A stretch of DNA of 64,000 nt from Syncephalis fuscata S228 (lineage: Eukaryota > Fungi > Zoopagomycota). This document shows positions 38,593 through 51,300 of this stretch, one piece after another. The position numbers and the translations under genes are program-made. Numbering within the stretch: position 1 is the stretch's first letter; each line of letters starts with the position of its first letter. The notes below the pieces were generated by a model that was not told where the DNA came from, made no database searches, and saw only the letters and a program-made list of their open reading frames with translations. The DNA lies in assembly GCA_025786725.1 (NCBI GenBank), contig JAHLTZ010000014.1, positions 557,139 through 621,138 on the forward strand. Reading direction: 5' to 3'.

Positions 38593-41548
38593 TTAATACC
38601 ATCCTAGAACCTTCCACCATAACAAGCCTGGGCCAAAGTAGATAGCAAGGTAGAGTACAGCAACCATGGCACCAATACCAAACCATTGTCGTTGCGGTAC
38701 ATAACCTTGTGCGAAATACAGTACCAGTGCACCTAAATAAAAAATGTTAAAAGATATAATACAGAATTGTAAATAGTACTCACCTGAAGAGTAGTTGGTC
38801 TAAATAATAAATAATAAATAATAATAAACAATTAGTTAGTTATACTCGTCAAGTAACTAAACATCTATAGATGCTGTAATGTGCAACTTACTAGACAACC
38901 GCCCAAAGCACTGAAATAAGACAGAAGAGCCACCAAGACATAAGGTGGACAATTAAGTGCTTGGCCAGCCGCTAAGAATGGGCCGGCAAAAGCAACAGCA
39001 TGTGCAGTAATAGAAGAAAAACAAAACATGGTAAGAAAATAGAGCAATGCTAAAGTAATACAAGCGGCCAATGGACTTAGCGAGCCTAGTATGCTTGCTA
39101 CAAAACGGCCAAACCATCCGGACAGACCGAGTGCAGTGAATTGATCGGCCAATACTAAAAATCCACCTAACCAGAAGAAACTATCCCACTATTCATTGGT
39201 ATTAACAACAACATGATAATACAAATATGGAGTAATAACAAACATGATAATACACAATAGTGGAGTAATAATAGTATAATAATAGCCATAATAAGTAGAT
39301 GTTCAATAATAATATTCTAATTAACTTACTGCTTTAGCATTACGAAGTATATCTTCCCATTCAAGAATACCCGACAAAAGAACAAGCACTAAGGCAAGGA
39401 ATGTAACTAATGATGCACCAACACCAGTATATGATTGGGCTATCCACAAGGCAAGACAAAGGGCGAGGATGGCCATAAGCATCTAAATGATTGACGTGCA
39501 CAGTGGTGGTATGATGGTTAGTGACATTAATTACATTTGGATGGTTGCATGTGTATAATTACCCATTCACGTAAACTAGTAGGCGGGGCAGGTTCCGGGG
39601 CAGGCGGGGCATTTGTGTTACTCTCCACCTTACTGCGATTGTCTTCGCCTGCTTCAAGGTCTTTTTCGTTTTCAAAAAGATTAGATGAACGTCGACTACG
39701 ACTGCGATTACGCTTGCTTTTTGAGCCATTGGGTCGCACAACAAGATACAGCAGTAAAGGCGTTAGTACGGCAGCTAATAAGCCAGGAATGACCGCGCCC
39801 TTAATCCAGACAGCAAACGTGAAATCAACACCAGTAATTGTACTGGCCTTATCACGAACAATTGGATTCGGTGCTGAGGCGGTTAGAAATAGTGAAGCAC
39901 TGATAATGTTGGCATGAGAGCCGCACAGAATAAGAAAGGCGCCAGAACGACGATTTTTGGTAGGTGTTGAATTAAGGGTGCGGGCCAGCGACATAACCAC
40001 CGGTTGTATCACACCGCCACCACGAGCAGCATTGGATGGAATGAATGGAGAAAGACATAGCTCTAATAGATACGAATACCGGTTAATCGATGGATTATTG
40101 CGCCATAATAACACCAAGACTGTTTTCCTTACCTGCAAAACTAATTGCATAACCAAGGCCGAGTAAAGAGCGTCCAAACAAACGTACTAGTAGCATGGCG
40201 ACTCGTTGGCCCAATCCAGTTACCTGTATTGCTATAGCACAACCAGTGCATCAGCGAAGTTTCCATAAAATGACTTTGGTGCCACCATAATAGCAATCTA
40301 CTTACCTTGACCCAAGTGAAAGGCACAAAATACCTAATAATGCAATTATAGCGCAAATCATAACCCAATAATCATCATTAATTAGTTGGCGTGTGTGACA
40401 TTGCAGAAATTCGCTCATTTTCATTTGCTTACCAGCCAATTAACTTCATTGCTATAACCAGAAATGACTGTATTGAACGCGCCCTAATATTGCCACAGGC
40501 GTAATTGGTTAAAATATTCTTGGTGGTTTACGCGTTTTTTCCTTTTATATTAGCTTACCTCAAATCCTTTACATTTATTGCTGTCTGATGATGAGTGAAT
40601 ATCACACTGATCACAAGGAATTATTTTGCCGTCGGCCGTCTTACAAGTAACGGATCGCGTCATGGCCAATATAGTAAGGGCCATAGCAATAAGAAAGGCA
40701 ATTTCAAAATCTGTGCTAAGTAAAGCGATGATAACACTAATAAATAATAAACGTTAGTGATTCATTAACTACAATAGATGCTACTTACGCGGCAAATACA
40801 CCAAGTAGTCGCATACTGGCGTGGTCAGTCCACTGGGAATAGGCAAATTCCATATAACAATGCAAACAATAATCGCGGGCAATAGCATGAGAAGACGGGC
40901 AATACGACCTTTCACCACAGCCGCGTGACCGGTCAGTTCGCCTGTGTTTTCAGCTTCTTGTGGTCGGCCTGTGGTACAATTTCAGGATGCAATAATAGCC
41001 GTGGTAAAGTAAAACATTTTTTATCATTAGTAAAAAAAACAATAGGTACCTGCAGGCAGGCCTTTATTCTTACCTGATCGTCTTGAGGCAAGTGAAACTC
41101 GCGACACCGCACGGGAAAGCGTATGTTGGCTGGCCCAACCTACAGGCTGAGAACGCCATCCGGCATATTCGGATGGAACAAGCCAATTTTCGCCTCCGGA
41201 TAATCGATAGCGTAAGCAATCGGGCCCCACCTCGCTAAGTCGACGGACTTCAGCCACCGCGAGACTTGCTTCGTTTTGATCAACGACTACAATGGCATCA
41301 GCATCAGAGCCCGAGTCGCTATGGCTGTCATTTTCTTCGCTACTATCATTTTGACTAATAATTTGATCGTCGTTAGGCTCGTCGTTAGTATTGTTTTCGT
41401 TGACGTCGATGTTGGTAAGTGGTGCTTGATCAACTTCGATACGAATGATATCGGATTCAGTTTCGATAATGGGTAGCAAGGCATTGTGGATTTCATCAGC
41501 TATCAGCATACCTCCTTCAGTACGGGAGTCGTTGGTAGGTACAGACAT
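38593..41548 (-). CDS. DASS/SLC13-family di/tricarboxylate transporter (CitT/DIT1-like)
   Basis: PFIPSNAARGGGVIQPV, LFLTASAPNP, FSSITAHA, TNYSSG.LVLYFAQGYV...WF.IG...WWKVLGWY. Long acidic N-terminal extension and many introns. Confidence 0.85.
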
Positions 41549-42189
41549 TTTCGTTAATGGTTAATGACGAGAAGTAAAAGTGTAAGCGGATAGAGTGCAA
41601 AAATAAAGATATGCTGTGTCTAGTGAACAAAATAATTCTCACCATTAAGGCAGCTTATAAAGAAACGGCGGTGATCTAATTGTGTTCATTAGTTGAATGA
41701 TGATAAGTGGTGCCCACCTAACACCCGGATCGGAATTAATTTCATCCATTTGCGTTACAGTGTATTGCAAACAAATAACCGCTACTGACCTTTACTATTC
41801 ACGGCTTAACAAACTATGCAGTTGTCCTAATAGATACAAGGACTATCGGTTTCTCCAAGTCAACATGGGCGATTAGGAATACAGGGAAGAGAACACCTAT
41901 GGCTTGTCGGAGAAACGTTAGAATTAGGAGATTAATCTGTTGTGTGCGCGTGCATAGACTAGATAACACTCATTGTGATCCAGATCAATTATAGAACAGT
42001 CGTCATGCATATCGTATTCACTGTTAAACCAAACAGCTGGTACAACTCTCGGCAATACACAATGTGACCATGTGCATAACAACTAAGTAATTATTGCACA
42101 ATGATGGTATTCATGTGAGCTGGTGCATAACATCGTTACACTTTGAGTGAGTATAGCTGTCCAGCAATTGGCAGCAATTAAAAAAAACG

Positions 42190-42578
42190 CAAATCAATAA
42201 CTGGTTGGGTGATTGAATTTTACTTTGTGATCCTTATTTTGAGTCCCCAAGCAAAATTCGTTCCAATTGAAGTTGTGCTGTTATGCGCAACAAACGTGGC
42301 TATATTGCTTCCTATTAGAATGTTGTTAATAAATTAATTTGAATAAAGAACATGACATACTATTAGATTTCTTTGAAACGTTTAAAGCCAATTATTGTTG
42401 TTGGCCATGTGTAAAAAAATTGATCAAATATTAATAAAAGTCATATGTTTTCGATTCCATATCATTCCGCAGTTGTTGTTATTGCATCTACGTACATTAT
42501 GAATTATTGTATCTGAATGGTCTCGTCTATTTTCTAATATTTTACTATTGCATTATGGGCATATCTGTGATGTAAGAT
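42190..42578 (-). pseudogene. Fanzor C-terminal fragment plus 3' tail
   Basis: Reads LTSQICP*CNSKILENRR...IHNVRRCNNNNCGMIWNRKHMTFINI*SIFLHMANNNN. Downstream TTTTGCTTGGGGACTCAAA resembles the other Fanzor tails. Confidence 0.7.
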
Positions 42579-42957
42579 CGATATTAATATAAATATTATA
42601 AATGTCGTTTATTAAACAGTCACTTTCCTATAGCCAATCTGACTAAATAAATGACATTTTAAACAATTAATATTATAATGGCAATATATATATTAAAGCA
42701 ATAATAGAAATAACTAATTAATTACATTATTATATATGTTATAGTAATGAATGGGTGTTTAATTGTGTCTAAAAGTATTAAGGGGTGAAATAAAAAATGT
42801 AAAATCCAAAATACGATAGCTTCAGTTAGATAAACGATAACAAGGCCCATTCGAAAAGATTGAATGATAGTGGGCCTATGCTACTGATCAGGTGATGTGC
42901 TTGTTTATTGATATTTACAATTATGTGGAACCAAAACATTCGGTATAATTATTTGAA

Positions 42958-44384
42958 TTTTACTACTACTACAAAGCTACTTCCCTTTGAGCCCCTAGCT
43001 TCAAACTGGGACAAAAAGATCATAATTCGAATAATAAATCGTCAACCAGTTTTTACTACTGAGAAGGGGTTTGTTGAAGCAGTGTCATATCAGCTCCGAT
43101 TGAATTAGTTGAAGTTGAGCCAGTCCACACTATTCCAATACTCAATATTAGTGTTAATAAATGTTAAATAGTATTTCATGTTACTTACAATAGAATATTA
43201 CATTTAATTATGATGTTGATGCAACAGCGTCAGTTTGATTTCTTATACTAATAGATGGTAAGAAATCAGAAGGCCTTGGTTCACCACTGGCCATTGTACT
43301 GAATATACTGTGCATGTTTCTGCTGGCATTAACATCGCACTATTTATTCATTCATATAAACCATTGGTCTATTGCTTCATCGTCTAGAATATGACTATGT
43401 TTCATTATTTTAATAACGACGCTTTCTATGGCTACACTTGTCTTTAAGAAACATTGGCTTTGATTGTATTTCCTACTACACTCAGTAATTTATTGGTAGT
43501 ATGTTTTATAGCAACAACTTTAGTATTAAATGGCTTTAATGTTTCTATTGTACTTTGACTCCCGCATTTTATTTATCCATTTCGTCATCTTTTCCTATCG
43601 CTATCTTGTTGTTCTATTCAGTAATATATTATGTGATAATGTTGAATATAACAATATAAATAGCATGCGTATTTGAGCATCAATAAAAAACGTTATTCAA
43701 TTTCTGGTTTTTATTTCTCTTATTTCACATTAACATTTGTTCAAGTAGCATCAACGGCATGCCGTATATTCTGGTTACAACTGCCGCCACAAGATCTTCC
43801 TGGTGAAGACACTCAACCTATCATTATTGCATATGGTGGAGGTATTTGCTTGATCAGTAGTCGACAAATAAACTGCGCCTACCAAGTTGATATCAAAAAT
43901 GCTCAAGAAAATGGTGAACATCAGAAATGCTAATCATTCTACCTTTTGTCACCATAGGCGAGTATCTTACAGCGTAAATCTGTCCAAAATGCAACATTAG
44001 AAGATTGTAAAATAGAACAGACCATTTAGATGCAAGAAACCACACTGTACATAGTAACAACAATAACAGCTGCGGAACGATATGGAATTGCAATCAATGG
44101 CTTTTATTAATATTTGATCAACTTTCTACACATGGCCAACAACAACAATGATCAACCTCAAACATTTCAATGGAATCAAATAGTATGTTACATTATTTAT
44201 TTAAATGTTTAAAATAGCAGCTAGTGATATGATGTTTAGCATTTTTATTTTATGAAAATGGTAATGTAATGTACTAACATTAGTGTTTATTGTAGATGGC
44301 CATTTAAACGTAATTCAACTATTCAAATCATTACAATTGATTGAGTAAAAAGATTTGCTGCGTTGGGGATTAGAGTAGATAGTC
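42958..44384. mobile_element. ~1.43-kb Fanzor-derived unit, copy 2 (inverted relative to copy 1)
   Basis: Reverse-complement match to 2241-3672. Decayed Fanzor C-terminus on + at about 43800-44175. Confidence 0.8.
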
Positions 44385-44874
44385 AATCAATAATAAATTT
44401 AAATTTAAATATCAAGTGAAAACGAAAAGTGTAATAAAATGAGTTCAAATGACAAATAATAATTTAAATATAAATAAATTTAATCGACTTGTCAATTGTT
44501 CAAGTCTTTATAGTTAATCTCGTAAAATAAGCAATTTATTTGGCATTTTTGACAAACTTAATGTTCAGTTAATAAATAAATAAATAAAGGTTACTTTGTT
44601 GTAATTTGTTACGTTTATGCAATAAAAATAGTAATTACATTAATTTAAGAATTGGTCAGGGTAGTCAGGGATTGAAAAAAGCTTAAATATTTTATTGATA
44701 ATATTAGATGTCTTCTTATTAGTGTTTTCTATGTAATGCCATATCAACACTTGGAACATTTAGTAGGTAATTCTGGATTTTTATAATACAAAGAACTGTA
44801 TACCATAATGATTGTATTTTATGACTACACTTTTTAAAAGCTGTGAAGTATGAATAATTATTTATATATAATTA

Positions 44875-45389
44875 AATAGTGATCCACCAAGAGAGAAAGA
44901 AGGATGGTGTCCAGCAAGATTACAAACAGCTGACAAAATGCCACTTATTGTATTCGGCGATGCAGTGTTTGACAAGCAGAGCAATGTATACAAGGGCCAT
45001 CGATCTGCTGTTGTCAACAGGTGCTGGCAAATGTTGAAACGACGAGAGCATCGTGGAGACCTTGTTGCCATTAAGATTGATGAGAATCTTTCTTCAGGTA
45101 AGTATTTAATATAATCACTATTTTATTTAACAATTTAACAATTTAATAGATTTGTCATGTCTGTAAGGAAAAAAGTCTGATAGAAAAGATTGCTGTAAAT
45201 GGTCATACCCATCACACCACCTTAGTCTGCCAAAACTGCCAGGTGGTGTGGAATCGGTATGTCATGGCAAGCAAAAATGTTTTCCATATCGCCGAATCAA
45301 TCTGGGATGGAAATGGCAGACCAGCTGAGTTTGCCAGACCATCTCAGGCCAGTACAATCATTGCAGAGAACGCGGGTTCGTCTCAATGA
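44875..45389 (+). pseudogene. Intron-containing Fanzor C-terminal half (a distinct subfamily)
   Basis: MPLIVFGDAVF...GHRSAVVNRCWQMLKRREHRGDLVAIKIDENLSS [intron 45098-45149] ICHVC...LVCQNCQVVWNRYVMASKNVFHIAESIWDGNGRPAEF. The RuvC-III Asp is replaced by Tyr, the frame breaks at the splice junction, and the 5' part is missing. Confidence 0.8.
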
Positions 45390-45414
45390 GACTTTTCAGA
45401 TTTTAAACGTAAGT

Positions 45415-45614
45415 TTTATTCAAATGTTTAAAATAGCAACTACTAATACAATGTTCTGTTACGTTTAATTATATTTTATGGAAATGATACTGTTATTACA
45501 CTACATTAATGTTTATTATAAATAATGATTTGAACACAAATTAATCGAATCAAATTACTACGATCGATTGCGTAAAATGATTTGCTGCTTTAAGAATCAA
45601 AGTAAATATCAGCC
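45415..45614 (+). ncRNA. Candidate Fanzor omegaRNA scaffold or element right end (homologs at 44195-44384 + and 2241-2440 -)
   Basis: About 200 nt of non-coding sequence directly after the Fanzor stop, conserved between two divergent Fanzor subfamilies. Similarity ends abruptly at ...GATTTGCTGCTT...ATCAAAGTAAATAT(C/T)AGCC. Confidence 0.5.
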
Positions 45615-46629
45615 ATCTAAAAAAATATCGTATCTTTTTCACTTTATTCGGTTTATTTTATTGTTGAATTAAGATAGTTATATATATTATTAAACTTATT
45701 CAATATCTTTATTGTATAAAATTACAATTTATTAATAGTTGATTATAAATTAAGTATTAACAAACCTAGAAAAGTATTGGTGTGCATGAATACATTGTTT
45801 TGTAGGCTTTTTTAGTAATGTAGAGTTAGTTATCCATTCATTGTTTATATAATTTTACTAGCATGCAATTACATATTTGGTATAAATAAAAGCATTGATT
45901 TATGACTTTGACAACGTCATTGCTATAGATATTACATATAGTTATTTAATGTAATTTATTAGTAATAAATACTTGTAGCAATACAGCCCCCTTATTTATG
46001 TTTTATAGTTGCTTTGTTGTCTATTTTTGCTATTGGTAATGTTTGGTAATTTAGTTTGTATAACAAAAACTTGTCCGAGTATGTTGCATTATAGGTGTTG
46101 TTTAATAAAATTACATGATTATTTTAGTATATATACATATATTATAAACACCCGCTGTGTATTCTAATAAAACCAACTTGTTAGAGATGGATCTATTGCA
46201 TACATGTTTATTTTATTACTCTAAATGTGTAACATAATGTGTATTCATATAAGCTAGTGATTCAGCGCCTTACCTTTTGGATTATATTGCTTTTGCATTA
46301 TTTAAAACGGTGTTACTATTCCACTGAGAGTAGAATAATAAACGGATTACTAATATTATGCTTGATCTTGAATGACCTATAATATTAGTAGTTAGTTTTA
46401 TCTAAGACTTACTTAATTGTTTTTATAAATAAAGGTTATTAATTCTTAATTAATAATTTCCACAGAAGTAAAATAGATGACTAAAATAGTGTTAGTTTTA
46501 AGATAAGAGAATCAGCTCAGTCTAGCAATCACTGCAAGACTGGGATGATCAAAAAGGTTCACAATTCAAATAATAATAAAAAAGAATTTAAAACCAAGAT
46601 AAGCTAATTTTTATTAAGATTAAGAAATA

Positions 46630-46910
46630 TGGTTGCCATTTTATAGTAAATGGTCTTGAAATACTGCAAAGGAAGAACTTGAACTGCTTGTCCGTTCAAT
46701 TCCTTCTTCAAGCAATATGGGTACTGCCTTTACTGTAATAAGTAATATGGCACCCATAAATTATATTTGGCGCGGGTATTTGTAGGCGTTATACTTTTCG
46801 CCAAGAGTTTGAAGTGGTTGTAATAGTAGGATCGCCGTATCTTTGGCTGAAAAAACGACAATCTTTGTAAGGACCCTGACGATTACCAGAAATGGGAACA
46901 ATCACGTGAT
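46630..46910 (-). pseudogene. Decayed coding remnant of unknown family
   Basis: A less AT-rich patch reading DCSHFW*SSGSLQRLSFFQPKIRRSYYYNHFK...WVPYYLL...PYCLKK...VLPLQYFK, with stops. Confidence 0.3.
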
Positions 46911-47694
46911 GTAATTATTGCTAATTAAGTTATTTACCACATTTAGTAAATAACGCAATTTACACCATAGTTATACAGGTGAATTAGTAACAACATACTA
47001 ACTAATTATTAACTAATTAAATAAAATGATTTTGCAGTCATTTAACAGTTTATTAATCACTATAGTATTTGTTTGTGGTCAAATGATCAAATCTAATAAT
47101 AATCACACAATTGAACTATACATTCGTCCTGTTAAACATGAAACTGAGTGGTGAATAGCATCAGTCATCAAAATGCGTTTTATTGCAAATTTAATATTCA
47201 GTACGCAGATATCCTCTATTCGCATATATCAATATATGATATACTGGTTAAATTACATTTATTATGTACTTTAATACAACCATTCATTCCACTTATTACG
47301 CTATATGCAGTATAACATCAACATCATTGATTGTACAAGTACCATAATATATTTATTCTAATACACCATTTTATGTTTAAATAGCCTTGTTTGTCCAAAA
47401 TTGTTTTTTCTTTTTTCTAGCTTTATTATTAATAAAATTTGCCCAGTTTCGCTCATTGGATTATATTGGTAAACCGAAAAATACAAGTATTTGTAACATT
47501 ATTGCTTTATTAAAAGTATTTATTGGTTGGAATTGATCAATACCAGTTGACTAAGACTTTGATGATATTTAAGTCAAGTAATAAAATATAGAAATATAGA
47601 AATAAAAGATACCAAAAATAAATAAAAACGATGTAAATATTAACAGCACAATAATATGAAGATGTAATAATATAACTGTATTTAAAATAGAGTA

Positions 47695-47805
47695 TATATA
47701 TATATACTGAATATATGCATACTGGATAACGAATCTATGATGATGAGTATTTGATGATTAATTTCACTCACCATTCATCCTTATGTTCAATAGATTTGAT
47801 GTTAT
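47695..47805 (+). repeat. ~110-bp dispersed non-coding repeat, copy 2
   Basis: Direct homolog of 37045-37160. Confidence 0.6.
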
Positions 47806-48328
47806 CCAATTATTAAATAAATATAAATTTTAATTTAGTTTGTAATTTGTTTTAATATTTCATAAAATCATTCATATACACATATATATGCATGTGCATT
47901 GTAAGCAGTAAATTTTGAATTAAATTAAAAAATGTACAAAATAAAGTAGAATTATTGATAATTATAAACTTTTTATATAAAATGGACTAATGCGCTAAAT
48001 TCAAAAATACATAGCTCAACTAGCTAGATTTCAGTAACATATCAGTAAAGCAGTACATTATAATAATACTTTGGAAGGTGAAAAAATGGACTAATAGCTT
48101 AGCAGAATAAAATACTGCTAATGTGTATTTGTATTATATATGTAGAGCAATACAGTAATTATGTGCATAATAGATTTATTTTTAGCGATTTAACATGGTT
48201 ATCATACACATTAATTGTGTACATAGAACATGTTTGTTATTAAAGTAATAAATTCCAGTAACAATAATTTATTTAATTAAACAATGAACAAAATAAAGCT
48301 ACCAGTTAATAATTCGTTTGGTCAGTAA

Positions 48329-51300
48329 TTATCCAGAGGTTTGCCATTCAGTCTTTTGACCATTGGCCGTAGTCTTAGTATAATACTTGGTCACGGTTAC
48401 TTTGTCGCCATCTGTTACGGTCTCAGTACGGACAACCAAAACAGTACCGTCAGAATCAGTGCTTTCCTCAATGACCTCCTCAACAATTGGACCATCTTCT
48501 TCCTCGCCTTCAATAAATTGAACCTCAGAGTGAGTTGTTTGTTGTTGCTGTTGAGCAGGTGCAGCCACTGTAGTAGCTACTGGAGCTGGAGCTGGGACTG
48601 AGACAGTCTCTTGCATCACTGGCTGCTCCTCAGTAGTTGACCATTCAGATACTACGCCATTCAATGTCTTAGTAAAGTATTTGGTGATACGGCAACTAGT
48701 AGCTCCAGTAATGGTCACAGTTCGAATAACAAGACGGCCACCATCAACGTCAACGGTCTCTTCGATACCTTCTTGCATTGCTTCTCCTACACCAGCTACC
48801 GGCTGAGCGGCGACGTTAGCCTGTGCCGTTTGAGTAATATCAGCAGCAATAGAAATGGTTGCAGTAGCGGCGGCAGTAGCGGCAGCAGCAGCAGCATCAG
48901 GACTTGGACCGGCAGGAACAGCAACCCAAACACCACCAGCGTTCAGTTGTTCAACATCACTAGTAACCCATTGGCTTATTTGACCGTTCAAGTTTTTAGT
49001 AAAGTACTTGGTAATACGACGAGTATGGCTATCGGCAATAGTAACAGTGCGGATTGTCAAATGACCTCCATCAGTATCGGTAGTTTCTTCTGTGGATTCT
49101 TGAACAGCATCATTAGCAGCACCAGCTGCAGCACCGTCTTGAGCACTAACCGCCGCAGTAGAAGCGGCACCAGCAGGAACGGCTTCCCAAACACCATCAG
49201 CATTTAATTGCTCGACATCGCTTGTCATCCATTGGCTTATTTGACCGTTCAAGTTTTTAGTAAAGTACTTGGTAATACGACGAGTATGGCTATCGGCAAT
49301 AGTAACAGTGCGGATTGTCAAATGGCCTCCATCAGTATCGGTAGTTTCTTCTGTGGATTCTTGAACAGCATCATTAGCAGCACCAGCTGCAGCACCGTCT
49401 TGAGCACTAACCGCCGCAGTAGAAGCGGCACCAGCAGGAACGGCTTCCCAAACACCATCAGCATTTAATTGCTCGACATCGCTTGTCATCCATTGGCTTA
49501 TTTGACCGTTCAAGTCTTTAGTAAAGTACTTGGTAATACGACGAATATGGCTGTCGGCAACAGTAACAGTGCGGATTGTCAAATGGCCTCCATCAGTATC
49601 TGTAGTCTCTTCGGTAGTTTCTTGAGCAGCATCATTAGCAGCACCAGTCTCAGGACCAGGACCAGGTGGCACAACTTCCCAAACGCCTTCAGCATTAAGT
49701 CGTTCACTATCGCTAGTAACCCATTGTGTAGTTTCGCCATTAAGTACCTTGGTATAATATTTTGTAACTTGACGAATATACGTGTCGGCATTAATAACAG
49801 TGCGAATGGTTAGCTTACCACCATCAGTATCGGTCTTTTCTTCAGTAAAATCTTGAACACCAACAGCGGTATTAGCAGCAGCGCCTGCGCCTACGCCAGC
49901 AGCAGCTGTTGTGGTTTGACCAATGACACCTGATGATTGAATGGCTGGCCCGGCTGCTTGTGTAATCTCTTGATGAGCTGCATGGGCTCCAGTCTTGATA
50001 CTGCCTGATGCACCAACAACTGACGTCGATCCATCGGCATTAACAACAATGTCGCCAGCTACTGATGTCTCGCCTTCGGCCTTAGCTACAATTGGTTCAA
50101 CATCGCTCGTCATCCACTGGGTAACTTGACCGTTAAGTGTTTTGGTGAAGTATTTGGTAATACGACGAACTTGAGTATCCGATATGATCACAGTGCGAAT
50201 GGACAAATGGCCGCCATCAGTGTCGGTCTCTTCTGTGGTAAACTCTTGAATACCACCTGATGGTCCAACAATGGTGACATCTTGTGGAGCTGGTGCAACT
50301 GGAGCGGCTGGCTGTTCAAGTGGCTGTTCTTCAGTATTCGACCATTCAGTGACTTCACCATTCAATGTGCGAGTGTAGTACTTGGTAATGCGGCGACAAC
50401 GACGTGTACGAACAGTAACTGTGCGTGTTACTAAACGGGCTCCTTCGGCATCAATGGTCTCATCAACTGCTTCTTCCGGCTCTCCAATCACCTCTTCATC
50501 AATTTCAGTGGCAGCTGTTGTGGTAGTGCTCGAGTCTACAACAACATTTTTATCATCACAGGTAGCTGACTTGGTGACTGCATCAGTGACTGCGCCTACG
50601 CCAGCAGCAGCTGTTGTGGTTTGACCAATGACACCTGACGATTGAATGGCTGGCCCAGCTGCTTGTGTAATCTCTTGATGAGCTGCATGGGCTCCAGTCT
50701 TGATACTGCCTGATGCGCCAACAACTGACGTCGATCCATCGGCATTAACAACAATGTCGCCAGCTACTGATGTCTCGCCTTCGGCCTTAGCTACAATTGG
50801 TTCAACATCGCTCGTCATCCACTGGGTAACTTGACCGTTAAGTGTTTTGGTGAAGTATTTGGTAATACGACGAACTTGAGTATCCGATATGATCACAGTG
50901 CGAATGGACAAATGGCCGCCATCAGTGTCGGTCTCTTCTGTGGTAAACTCTTGAATACCACCTGATGGTCCAACAATGGTGACATCTTGTGGAGCTGGTG
51001 CAACTGGAGCGGCTGGCTGTTCAAGTGGCTGTTCTTCAGTATTCGACCATTCAGTGACTTCACCATTCAATGTGCGAGTGTAGTACTTGGTAATGCGGCG
51101 ACAACGACGTGTACGAACAGTAACTGTGCGTGTTACTAAACGGGCTCCTTCGGCATCAATGGTCTCATCAACTGCTTCTTCCGGCTCTCCAATCACCTCT
51201 TCATCAATTTCAGTGGCAGCTGTTGTGGTAGTGCTCGAGTCTACAACAACATTTTTATCATCACAGGTAGCTGACTTGGTGACTGCATCAGTGACTGCGC

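Noticed and set aside
42843-42877. AGGCCCA...TGGGCCT hairpin as a Helitron or element terminus
   Set aside because: A single short stem outside the duplicated unit, with no second copy in the window.
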